Of a stretch of DNA of 64,000 nucleotides, positions 11,987 through 24,489 are shown piece after piece. The stretch lies in NCBI RefSeq assembly GCF_006345805.1, contig NC_043012.1:10540001-10604000 (forward strand). The letters are read 5' to 3'. The notes beneath the pieces are model-generated. The model worked only from the letters and a program-made list of their open reading frames with translations. It had not been told where the DNA came from and ran no database searches. The stretch comes from Octopus sinensis (Eukaryota). The position numbers were made by a program, and so were the translations under genes. Within the stretch, counting starts at the first letter, position 1. Each line of letters opens with the position of its first letter.

Positions 11987-12587
11987 ACGAGGGGAAGTCA
12001 AACATTATCTGCACTTTCGCCTTAACATATCTTTATTGTTGTCACGCTGTCTTTCACGCATGCGTGCTTATAGTTGGAACTATTGTGGTCACGTTATCGA
12101 AGTTTGAGCCTGATCGCGCAATTTTTCCTTCTGGCTTTACTGTGGAGGCATGGTCGCTCCACTAGCAATATGCACCATAACAGAACAAAGAGCAGGGATC
12201 CGATTTCTCTGGTCGGAAGGTGTATCAGGTGTCGACATTCATTGGAGGCTTTTTGCACAATACACAGGAACAGTGCACAACCACGTAGAAGTATGTATGC
12301 GTGGATCGAGATATTTAAATGTGGTTGGACAGGCGTGACACGCGAAGCGGGAGCAGGACACTCGTCAACCTCCACCACTGACGAGAAGATTCAGCAAACT
12401 CGAGAAACGGTAATGGTGAACCGGTTTACTATGCTTATACTGTGAAGTCAGAAAGAAAGATGGTGCGATCAAGCTCAAACTGTGGTCACGTGACCATAAC
12501 AGTACCAACTATAAGCATGCATGCGCAGAAGGCAGCGAGACAATAATAAAGTCTTATCATGGCGGAATTGCGGATATGTTGTGACTT
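11986..12587 (+). mobile_element. Internally deleted mariner derivative with ~145-bp inverted repeats and a transposase N-terminus
   Basis: TA|CGAGGGG start; MVAPLAICTITEQRAGIRFLWSEG then (frameshift) SMYAWIEIFKCGWTGVTREAGAGHSSTSTTDEKIQQ; 11996-12141 is inverted at 12441-12587. Confidence 0.85.
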
Positions 12588-12588
12588 A

Positions 12589-12644
<56 letters not shown>

Positions 12645-12649
<5 letters not shown>

Positions 12650-12850
12650 TTGGGTACAGTAGATGAGTTCAGCAAAAATTTAGATTCAGATGAATATGTT
12701 ATTTAAATTGAGGCACCAGAGTTTAGTACGGTATTAACCTTACAATTTCAAAGCAAGGTGATTTTTAAAAAAAGCAACAAGTATATCCAGAGGTAATACA
12801 GTACGATCGTTTCATGCAATTCCATTTAATTGAACAATCCAATCATTATA
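12645..12850. mobile_element. One arm of the palindromic repeat family seen at 57760-58056
   Basis: GTAGATGAGTTCAGCAAAAATTTA, TTGAGGCACCAGA and TATCCAGAGGTA...CAGTACGATCGTTTCATGCAA are shared with 57769-57940. Confidence 0.8.
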
Positions 12851-12949
12851 TCTATTTAAAATGCAGAGCAATCTTCAGCTGCACAAAGACATAGAATTTA
12901 ATTAAATTAGAACAGATGGTCGTATTAGTATAATTGTACTTAAAATCTC

Positions 12950-13662
12950 CAAGAAGTTAAAGAGATAGACAACGAAAATACTGTCTCAACTTCTAAACTG
13001 CTATTCTCTCCATTCTCGCGAACTCATTTCACCGTTTTTGAATAGACTTGTGACTGGTGACGAAAAATGGATCTCCGATCGAAATGTTAAACGTAGTAAA
13101 GTGTGGCTTGGTAAAAAGGAAAAAACTCAACCACAACCGAGAAGGGAACTTCATGGAAAAAAAAAAAGATTCTTCTTTCTATCTAGTGGGATTGCAAAGG
13201 AATAATTCACTTTGAATTGTTACCACCGAATGCAACAATCAATCCTCAAGTCTACTGTCAGCATTTAGAGCGTTTGAACCAAGCTTTGAAGAAAAAAGAA
13301 AGACTGCTTTAGTGAATCGAAAATGAGTGATTTTTCATCAGAACAATTCGCGACCCCACACTGCAAAGATCACATCACAGAAGATCGAAGAGCTTGTTTG
13401 GGAAAACATTCTTCATCCACCTTATTCTCCCGACCTTGCTCCTTCAGACTACCATTCGTTTCGTAGTTTACAGAATCATTTGGGGGACATAGCTTTCGCA
13501 AGCCAGGTGGAGGTTGAAACTGACATTTCAGAGTTCTTTACTTTGAAGCCAAAAGAGTTTTACATTGATGCGATTAAAAAGCTTGTAATCAGATGGAAGG
13601 AAGTCATAGATAATCAGGGAAAGTACATTGATGATTATATTTCAATTAAATATAACATTTGA
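12950..13662 (+). mobile_element. Mariner transposase catalytic domain, Hsmar1/SETMAR-like (degraded)
   Basis: LNRLVTGDEKW, WDCKGIIHFELL, HQNNSRPHTA (second Asp replaced by Asn), HPPYSPDLAPSDYH, RWKEVIDNQGKYID; stops and frameshifts. Confidence 0.95.
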
Positions 13663-13878
13663 TCACTTGTTTTCTTTATTCAAAATTTGGGGTGACCTGA
13701 TAATTCCAAAAGTTTTCCATTTCCTTGATTTGACATGCATTATAGTAAAAAATATTTTTCAGTATATTTCAACTCTTATGCATATCACACATTGAACATC
13801 TAAATATCACTGGAATAAGCAGATGTACATTGAGATGACACATTTCGGATCCATTCTACGCTATATGAATATATATAT

Positions 13879-13927
<49 letters not shown>

Positions 13928-13930
<3 letters not shown>

Positions 13931-14070
13931 GAAATTTATAGAAAAACAAAAGACGAATACAGGTGTATGAACAACAAGCAAGAGTATTAGTTTCACGGTT
14001 TGGGAAAAAGTGACAGTCTTTTAGGTTTCAAGCCTACGCTCTTCAACAGACAGGAATAAGAGAAAGGAAT
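13928..14070 (-). mobile_element. Family H hammerhead-bearing repeat, copy 2 (degenerate)
   Basis: Minus CTGTTGA-A-GAGC GTAG GCTT-GAAAC-CTA-AAAGAC at 14017-14052; abuts a (TA)n tract. Confidence 0.6.
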
Positions 14071-14313
14071 GAAAATTGCAGCCGTCAACTAAACTTGACT
14101 AAGGGTGTCAATAACACATACATTGCTAGAAATAGGAGCTAAAATGCTCCAGTGCTGTTACAAAGCATATGACAAACTCTGATAGGGGCTGCAATCGCCC
14201 CCAACACCGAACCGAGAATTCCTTAGACTGACAGGCCAGTTTCAGAATTTCCGTTGCCATCTTCATATATATACACATATATATATATATATGCATACAT
14301 TTATATATATATG

Positions 14314-14371
<58 letters not shown>

Positions 14372-14653
14372 TGTGCATGAATGTAAGTGGGAGAGAGTGA
14401 CAGAGAGAAAGAGAGAGGGAGATCGTTCCCACCCAAAGATTGCGAGTAGCGAGACCATCTTTTAATTTCAGTTGGAGTAAAGACTCTGTTTGCGCGCGCG
14501 TGTATGCGTGTGTGTATTTGTGTGCGTGAGATTGTATGTGTGTGTATGTGTGTATGTGTATATGTATTTATGCATACTTATTCAAGCACAAGAACAGCAT
14601 ATACACCGACAAACAGAAGAATGATACGTCTGGTACGGAGAAGTTGCATTTCT

Positions 14654-14712
<59 letters not shown>

Positions 14713-15353
14713 CACGCACAAACACGCATGCTCACATGCGAAAATACATGCACACAGACATACGCACACATACCTGCACAAACACACTCACTCACACACA
14801 CACACATTTTCACATTTACACACTGCGCGTAGCCACATCCACGCTCTTTTCAACAAAAATCAACAGCTACAAACACACACGCCATCCCCACACACAGACA
14901 CAAGTATTCGCATACACTCGCAAACGAACGTAACCACACGGACACACCTCTACACACACCCACACAAACATACACACACTTTGACGCACCCGCACAACCA
15001 CACGCTGTCTCTTTCCCCACACACAACCGCGCGCACCGACATACACACAGAGACATCCACGCACGTACATACGCTTCTTGGCATACTCGTAAAGTATATA
15101 TATATATATATATATATGCACACCACACACACACATACAAACCGATACGCATTTGCACACACACAGACGCGCATGCACACGCACATGCGCACACAGGTAC
15201 ACACAGACGCACACCCAAGCGTCCAGTGTGTTCGTTATGTGATATTGTTTGCTCTAATGTGTAGCGAATTTCTCTGTAGTAATTAACTGCATTGTTTTGT
15301 TTAGACAAGGAAACAATTCCTTGTGGCTTTGTAAATTTGAAATGCATCCACTA

Positions 15354-15392
<39 letters not shown>

Positions 15393-15837
15393 CATACACG
15401 CGCGAAAAAATATACACATGCGCATGTACGTATATCATATATATATATATATACATGTATATATATATATATATGTATGTATACTATATATATAAATATA
15501 TATACATATAATATACATCATATATAATATATACTATATATACATAAATGCACACACACACACACACACACGTACATATATATATATATATATAATATAT
15601 AGATATATATATATTATATATATATATATATATATTATATATTTACATGATAGGTGTGCTTAATACAGTGATGCGCACATGTCTTATGTGAACGAGTTAT
15701 CCCGAAGCGATGAGATGGCCGTCATATATGCATATATACATACATACATACATATATAGAAGCATACATACATACATGCACACACACATACACACACACA
15801 TATAGGGAGAGATAAAGCGAGAGAGTGAGGGAGAGGC

Positions 15838-15868
<31 letters not shown>

Positions 15869-16024
15869 CATACAAATGCACACACACGTACACACACACA
15901 CGCATACACGCATACACCCACACATATACATTCATGCAGAACGTCCATTAGCCTGAACTTCCGTTCACCTTTAGTGTATTGCGTTCCTACATAACTAACA
16001 TCAAGACATCGGGAACTACTCAGA

Positions 16025-16033
16025 TTAATAATA

Positions 16034-16070
<37 letters not shown>

Positions 16071-16078
16071 AAATAATA

Positions 16079-16126
<48 letters not shown>

Positions 16127-16155
16127 TGATGATGATAATAATAATGATGATGATG

Positions 16156-16222
<67 letters not shown>
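16025..16222. repeat. (ATA)n/(ATG)n microsatellite
   Basis: Directly visible. Confidence 0.97.
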
Positions 16223-16223
<1 letters not shown>

Positions 16224-16224
16224 T

Positions 16225-16575
16225 CTTTCAATTTTTGGCACTAGGCCAGCAATTTCAGGGCTGAGGTAAGACGATTACATCGATCCCAGTGCTCAACCGG
16301 TTCTTATTTTATCGACCGCGAAAGGATGAAAGGAAAAGTAGATCTCGGCGGAATTTGAACTGAGATCTTGAAGACGGAAGAAATACCGCTTAGCATTTTC
16401 CTCAATAATTATAATGCTTCGTACTTTAGGCGTTAGGCATGAAATTTTGTGGAAGGGAATTAATTATTCGATTAAATTGACTTCTGTGCGCTAGTGGTGT
16501 TCTTTTTTCGACCCCTAAAAATGAACGGCAGTTAAATTCGGTGGGATTTGAACTCAGAATGTAAAGAACTAAATT
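16225..16575 (-). mobile_element. Two stacked diverged SINE family B fragments
   Basis: ATCGACCGCGAAAGGATGAAAGG...GGAATTTGAACT at ~16310-16345 and TCGACCCCTAAAAATGAA...GGATTTGAACTCAGAA at ~16508-16559. Confidence 0.7.
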
Positions 16576-16763
16576 GAAAACCGCGGTTCCTGATGCAGGC
16601 ACAAAGTCAACAGTTTAGTAGCCAATTCCATCGATCTCACTTCTTGATTGATACTTTATTTAACGAGGGAATGAAAGGATGAAGATGGTCTCAATGAAAT
16701 TAGAGGCCAGTTTTGCTTTTCATCGCTTGGATATCAATAAATAACTACAGCAGTAGTAGCATC

Positions 16764-16821
<58 letters not shown>

Positions 16822-17499
16822 ACATCGCATGGTCCAGTGACCGCCTGATAGATCTTGATCGCCGATATGTCCGACATGAATGCAATGATATCGTCCGCTT
16901 ATGTAGACCCACGTCTCCTGTGTACTGCGAGTTCATTCAGGAGCAACTCAATGATGTCCAGTATCCATAATGATGGTACCATAACCTCACCGACATGTAG
17001 AAGAAACGATATATGAAACCACTCACGGATCGAGTACTAAAATTGATGTAACATTGTTGTCAAACATTCTTTTAAAATATTTACCGCGGTAGTTGGTTTG
17101 TAATTGTTGTCGTTGTTGTTTACCGTGGTGGCTTATGTATTTTTTCTATCAACTTATACCAATGTATATGCAAGGCGCGCAATTTTAGTTCTGTCTATGT
17201 AATTCATACAATCAATTCACCCACGTATGACTGATAAATAATAACTGTAAAATAGCAATTTGGCGAAGAGTAATAATTCAAATAGATCAATTAAAATCAT
17301 GAATAAATTAAAGCTTGATGTCCAGAATGTTATACAAATGCAAATAAATAAAGAGAATTCTTAAGAAAAGATAAATTTACCTGGAGAAAAGTAAAAAGAA
17401 AAACAGCTAAAAGACAACCTAACGGTAATTGTAAATGACATTCAATGAAAAGGGAGAGGCAATTGTTTTAAAAATAATTATAACTGTGATAAGGTTATT

Positions 17500-17900
17500 T
17501 TGCATGGTTACACAAAATCAGATCTTACAGTCCAAGCGAGACAACTATAGACGTGTTTTGCTCCGTTAGAACTCACTAGCAAAATATCATAATAAAACTT
17601 CAGCACCTTTCATGAGTTGACAAAGATTTTTACACCGAATTTAAGCTATTATGAATATTTCTTAGCCAGTATAATTAGCATAATTAGAAAATATAATGAG
17701 CGACGCAAATAAATCAAAACGGCAAACAGCGTGAATTTGGATGAGTTAAAACGTGACATTTTATATCCTGCATATGGAAGCATATCTACTAATTAGTAGG
17801 CATTAAATTTAGACATCATGTACCTTTGACTTCTCAGTTACACCTCGTCAGTATTACAAACTATTAACCCGCCATCGAATATATTATATTTTACAAAAGA
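17500..17900 (-). mobile_element. Possible degraded Penelope-like 3' end with decayed hammerhead motif
   Basis: Minus CTAGTGA-GTTC TAACG GAGC-AAAAC AC GTC at ~17550-17579; upstream minus translation weakly resembles the PLE C-terminal YNxxxxRCNLC motif. Confidence 0.35.
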
Positions 17901-18217
17901 TTATTAATAATTATAATTAACCTACATATTTCAAAATTAATCAAACGTGATCAATTCTCTGATATTTCATGCGTATATTTTGGAGCCCAAGAAGTCATTA
18001 TACAACTTGAAATATCTTTCTTAGAAGATTTTCACAACATATTATATACGCCTTTTTCTCAATCAACAGTTTTTGCATTAATACATGTGTGTATTTATGT
18101 ATACATCGATGTATGTATACATACATATGTGTGTATTTGTGTCTATATGTTTGCGTGTGTGTGTTTTTGTATGTATATACCTACATGTGTGTCTATGTAT
18201 ATATGTATATATGTATA

Positions 18218-18260
<43 letters not shown>

Positions 18261-18264
<4 letters not shown>

Positions 18265-19335
18265 GCTGTGTGGTAAATAGCTTGCTTACCAACCAGATGG
18301 TTCCAGGCTCAGTCCTATTCAGTGGCACCTTGGGCAAGGGTCTTCTGCTATAGCCTCGGACCGACCAAAGCCTTGTGAGTGGATTTGGTAGCGGAAACTG
18401 AAAGAAGCCCGTCGTAAATATATACACATGTATATATATACATCTCACCTCCAGCCCCCTCGATCTGTCTCTTTCTTCTCCTCCCTCGTCCACCTTCTCT
18501 CTCTTTTTATCTGTCCCTTTCTCCTGTCTTTTGTTCTCACGTGACCGCTAGCCACTGTTGAGCGCTCTTTTCGTTCCAGCAGTCGCCGAAGCAACACGTA
18601 TTTGTTCGTCTCCCTGCGGCCATTAGGCACAACTTCATAAGCCAGCCCCAAACTCAACTCGTCCCGTCGAAAGACCCTTGTCCTACGTCCTGGTTTTGTT
18701 CTGTTTTTTATTTTTACCGTTATTGTTTTTACGTTTTTGTATTCTTATTGGTGTCACGTATTCTGTATTTTTGTTCGTGTACTTCGTTCGTTTTCCGTCC
18801 TCGTGTTGTATACATTCGAAGCTTTCTTCCATGGGATCTAATGCGCTTGGCTTAGATTTGCCATGGCGGGCTGCCCATATCGGAGCAATCTCAAGATTAA
18901 TCAGCCGAAATTGCTAAGATGATCTGGTTTTGACTGATGACTGAGGACTTCGAATGTCCCGTCCTGTGGTTCTTGTGTCGTCTCTGTGGTGTTTCAGTTT
19001 GTTCTTGTCCATGTCTGTAATTATTTTTACTGTTTACCTTATATATATATATATATATTATATATATATATAATATTATATATATATATAATATATATAT
19101 CTGTATATACATGAGTGTATGTGTGTGTGTATATTTGTGTGTCTGTGTTTGTCCCCCCAACATCGCTTGACAACCGATGCTGGTGTGTTTACGTCCCGAA
19201 AATTAGTGGTTCGGCAAAAGAGACCGATAGAATAAGTACTATGCTTACAAAGAATAAGTCCTGGGGTCGATTTGCTTGACTAAAGACGGTACTCCAGCAT
19301 GGTTACAGTGAAATGACTTAAACAAGCAAAAGAAT
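18261..19335 (+). mobile_element. SINE family A split by a ~700-bp insertion in its central microsatellite
   Basis: 5' half at 18261-18416 (A/B boxes to GAAGCCCGTCG); 3' half at ~19135-19335 (GTTTGTCCCCCCAACATCGC...AAATGACT). Confidence 0.85.
18891..19036 (+). repeat. ~145-bp unclassified dispersed repeat, inverted copy at 48091-48235
   Basis: TCAAGATTAATCAGCCGAAATTGCTAAGATGATCTGG...CTGATGACTGAGG...TGTAATTATTTTTACTGTTTAC is nearly identical to the reverse complement of 48091-48235; the right end abuts (TA)n. Confidence 0.85.
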
Positions 19336-19357
19336 ATATGGAGACAGACAGACAGAC

Positions 19358-19455
<98 letters not shown>

Positions 19456-20617
19456 ACTGGTGTACACATCGGTGAATGAAGAAAGATAGTGAGAAAGACT
19501 GAAGAGTGGATAGTCAGATTGTTCACTAGATTTATGTATGTATGCATGTATGTGTGTATGTATGTATGCATGTATAGACGAATGGATGGACAGATGGATG
19601 AATGGATGAATGGGTGGGTGGATAGCTGGATAGGTAGATCATTCATTGATCGGATGAGAGAATGAGTGTGTGAGTGATCGAAAATGTGCATGGAGGCTGT
19701 GTGAGTATGTACTTAGTTGGAGTCAGGAGATCAAGTAAATGAGTGCGTCCATCTGCAAGTCTGTGTGTATGTGTGTGTTTGCCTTTATATGTCCATTTCT
19801 GCTTATGTGTGTGTGCGTATGACTGCGTATTTGTTTGAGTGTTTGTATGTGCTTGTGTGTGTGTGTGTGTGTGTTTTTGTGGGTGTGAGTGTGTACTTGC
19901 ACGCATATGGCTGTCAGTGCCTATAGAAGAGTTTAAGTGATTGATCGATGGCAAAAATAAGATCGAAGCAATTGTAGAAAGATGGGAGGAGAAAGGAATA
20001 AAGAAAGTAACTAAATAAATACGGAAAGAAAGAAATGAAGGATCGAAAGAGAGAAAAAAAAAAGAAAGAAAGCAAATGAACGAGAAATACAGAAAGAAAC
20101 TAAAAGAAAGAAAAGGTAAAAACGAATCAAAAGAAAACAAATTCAATAAAAGTACGACGACAGAAAGAAGAAAATCTGAAGAGAAAGATGTAAAATGGAG
20201 GTATTGTTAATGTATAAAAGGTAGCGATTCCAAGAAGATGCCAGCCTAAAAGACTGGCTCTGCTCTAAGTTCCAGGAGGACAAATTCCCTAATGGAATCA
20301 CGACGGATAAAACGGACGTGCGGCAGAAATATTCTTGGGAGACAATCTGACGAGAGAAAAGATGGCGGATTGGACGAACGGACGCTTAATGGATGGAAGT
20401 GGTTAGTATGTGGATGTGTAAGGGAAGGAGAGAAAGGAGACATTGTGATGGTGGATGGAGGAGAGGTCATATCTAAAGACGAAGATGGTCTTGTAGGAGA
20501 TAGATACATAGAGAGAAGGACGGATAGATTATTACATTGCTAGACACATGTAAGCATACACATATATATGCTGTGAGAGTACAAACACACACACGCACGC
20601 ACACACACACACATATG

Positions 20618-20661
<44 letters not shown>

Positions 20662-20723
20662 TACACACCAAACACACACTGAAACACAAACACACGCACG
20701 CATATATATATATAATATATAAT

Positions 20724-20821
<98 letters not shown>

Positions 20822-21081
20822 ATCTATCTATCTATATTGCAGTTATTGGTGACGAAACTACATAAATGACTCAAGGGCCCAGGGTTTTATGCCAAAGTTT
20901 GACAAGTGCTTCGAAAGAAAACTAGGTTTTTTAGTCTCATGTGTATTTTCAAATCTTACAAAATTATATACATATTTTATGTGCGAGTATGTATGTAAAT
21001 ATACAAATGTGTGTGTATGTGCGTGTATATACGTTTGTGTAAGGGTGTGTATGTCTGGGACCATATATACACGCATGCACA

Positions 21082-21122
<41 letters not shown>

Positions 21123-21209
21123 TATATACATCCTTGAGTGTGCAGTTGTGCTTGTGCGATTTTCAACTTTCAATATTTCAACATAATTATCAATGTTTTA
21201 CACGTTTAC

Positions 21210-21612
21210 TACATACTCTTTTACTTGTTTCAGTCATTTGACTGTGGCCATGCTGGAGCACCTCATTTAGTCGAGCAAATCGACCCCAGGACTTATTCTT
21301 TGGAAGCCTAGTGCTTATTCTATCGGTCTCTTTTGCCGAACTACTAAATTATGGGGACGTAAACACACCAACATCGGTTGTCAAGCGATGTTGGGAGGAC
21401 AAACACAGACACACAAACATACACACACATACATATATATATGTATATATATATATATGACGGGCTTTTTTCAGTTTCCGTCTAACAAATCCACTCACAA
21501 GGCTTTGGTCAGCCCGAGGCCATAGTAGAATACACTTGCCCAAGGTGCCACGCAGTAGGAATGAACCCAGAACCACGTGGTTGGTAAGCAAGCTACTTAC
21601 CACACAGCCACT
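21210..21612 (-). mobile_element. SINE family A, near full length
   Basis: Tail CTCTTTTACTTGTTTCAGTCATTTGACT through head GTAAGCAAGCTACTTACCACACAGCCACTCC. Confidence 0.92.
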
Positions 21613-21842
21613 CCAGACTATTTCTTTAAATATTCTCCTCTGTTGCGCTTACATACATTGATGTGCTTCGTAAGGTTTATTGAGAAATGTTGGCACAATG
21701 CCAGAAATTTCGGAGAAGAGGCTAAGTCGATTATATCGACCTAAGCACCCAAATGGTACTTGGAAAGGATAAAAGACATTGTCAAACTCGGTGGAGTTAC
21801 ACTACAGCACGAACTTTTTTCAACATTCCGATCATTTGTATA

Positions 21843-21942
<100 letters not shown>

Positions 21943-22039
21943 GTGTCTGCCTGTCTGCATATACATATGTATATACACACATATATACATATATATGTAT
22001 GTATATATCTTTGTATGTATTTGCGTGTGTCTTTGTATT

Positions 22040-22239
22040 TGTCTCCCCACCATCACTTAACAACCAATGCTGGTGTGGTTATGTCCCTGTAACTTAACTA
22101 TTCGATAAATGATAACGATAGAATACGTACTAGGCTTACAAAGAATAAGTCCTATGGTCAATATCTTCGACTAACAACCTGTAAGGTGGTGCTCAGTATG
22201 GCCGCAGTCAAATGACTGAAAAATTAAAAGAATAAAAGA

Positions 22240-22240
<1 letters not shown>
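22040..22240 (+). mobile_element. SINE family A, 3' half
   Basis: GCTGGTGTG...GATAGAATACGTACTAGGCTTACAAAGAATAAGTCC...CAGTCAAATGACTGAAAAATTAAAAGAATAAAAG. Confidence 0.82.
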
Positions 22241-22264
<24 letters not shown>

Positions 22265-22270
<6 letters not shown>

Positions 22271-22380
22271 AAGGAGCTTCTACAGGACTAGAACTGTTTC
22301 ATTCAAAAGAAATCATCAGGAAGCTCTGATGATTTCTTTTCAATGAAACAGTTCTAGTCCTGTAGAAGCTCCTTCTATAA
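22265..22380. repeat. Near-perfect palindrome: 55-bp arms, 6-nt loop, 1 mismatch
   Basis: TTATAGAAGGAGC...AATCATCAG (22265-22319), loop GAAGCT, CTGATGATT...GCTCCTTCTATAA (22326-22380). Confidence 0.95.
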
Positions 22381-22526
22381 AATAAATTAATTTACTCTGC
22401 TATGTATTGAGTACCTGTTCAAAGCCTCCCTTGACCTCAAGTGGCCTGAACTCTTTACATGAACACCACCCTGTACTTAACTCCATGTCCCCCTACACGG
22501 CCTTGCTATTTGCTTTTGAGCCAAAT

Positions 22527-22561
<35 letters not shown>

Positions 22562-23989
22562 CAAAAAGTATAAATAGTAATATAAGATAAAAAGTAAAAC
22601 CACTACAATCGTTTCATGCCCATAACCTAATTCGAATAACAATAATTTAAATTCAATTAATAATTCGAATTATGGTTATAGTCAATCTTCAGGTTAATGA
22701 TAATAGTTAAATAATCAAATATATTTAAACAATATTTTTTTAAGAAATAGATAAAATAATAATTTTTCTTATAAAAAACTCTATTATCCAACTAGAAACT
22801 TTAACGATTATGATTATGTCATACAATCGATTATAATGTTAGATATTAATTTTTAAGGTAAGAATAGATAGAAAATGTATTTATCTATTCAGATATAAAA
22901 TGGCTTTTTTAAAAAAAAACATAATAAACCCACAAATAATCTAATCACAGTTATAGTCAATATCTAATTTACCTAAATATTTAACAAAAAAAAATAATAA
23001 TCACTATTCATATTATTAAATTTAATTTCAAATCAAATAATTATATGATATTTGAATAATAACTAAATTATCAATGAATATATATAAATGTATATAAATA
23101 TAAGAATTAAGATCTAAAATTATCTCTATCAAAAAATATATGCACATATAACAAAATCTAATAAATGAATTATTCATTATTACTTAGAATATATTAAAAA
23201 TTAAAAGATTAAAGAAAGAAAAAAAAGCAAATTGTAAACAAACAAACAAACTATCTTAAAGAACGCTATAACTAATTAACGATCCATATATCTCGTTGGC
23301 TAATTAATGATAAAAACCGTATAGTTAAGAACTAAAATGAAATAATGAAATACATATCTTCAACAACTAAATACTTAATGAAATTATCAATCCGTAGTTA
23401 TATAGTATCCAATAAATACTACTAATATATTTATCAATGAAAATACTACTACAAATTATCAATTGAAAATAGCAATATATAAGTTATAATAGACATCTCA
23501 TATATTTGATGACTTTAGACATATAACTTGCACAGGCCGTCCAGTGAGTCTGGACACTCATACGTTGTCTCCGAAGGGAGGAACAATTATATCCATCCAT
23601 CCGTCCGTCCGTCCATCCATCCATCCATCCATCCATCCATCCATCCATCCATCCATCCATCCATCCATCCATACATACATACATACATACACACATAGAT
23701 ACATACATACACGTGTGTGCGTGCGTGAATGTGTGTTTGTGTGTGTATGTGTGTGTGTGCTTCTTATTAATAATCAGCTGGAGTAACAGAGTGACTCAAG
23801 AGACTTGGCACTTACCAAACTTGTTTCAGACCAAGGTGTCATATACTAAGATACCTGTAAGAATGATATTTCTCTCGATTGTTCTGCAAAAAAATAATGA
23901 AAGCAAGTACAATGTCATGAGGATAATGCATATTTTTCAAATGTATACATGAAAAGATAGATAGATAAATAGAAAGATAGATAATAGAG

Positions 23990-24070
<81 letters not shown>

Positions 24071-24489
24071 TAAGAAAATCAAAGATGCTGCCCGATCCAT
24101 ATGCTCGTACGGCCTCTTTCCCTATTTCTGTATATATGTGTATGTGTGTGTGAATATGTACACGTGCACTCGAATTATTAGTGAAAGTAGTTTGAACAGG
24201 AATATGAATGAAAAAAAAAAAGAATAATATTCTATATTTTGCTTCGCAAAAGGATGTTCATCTGAATATTATATTCTGTACAAGCCAGGAGAAAAAGGAT
24301 GACAGAGAGGAATTATTAATATACAGAGAGTGAGATTAAGTATGTATATTTATATATTATATATATATAGATATATATAATATATATATATATATATAAT
24401 GGTGTGTGTGTGTGTGTTGGTGTGTGTGTAATATATCTCTGAATATAGATGTATATTTAGAGATGTATATGTATATATATGTATATATA

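Noticed and set aside
18891-18960. Hammerhead reading of TCAAGATTAATCAGCCGAAATTGCTAAGAT or CTGATGACTGAGGACTTCGAA
   Set aside because: The core and stems II/III cannot be assembled consistently.
22561-23520. NUMT of a mitochondrial protein gene (weak ND4-like FELGYGHE)
   Set aside because: Frequent stops in the frames I translated and only a vague motif match; kept only as an unexplained AT-rich island.
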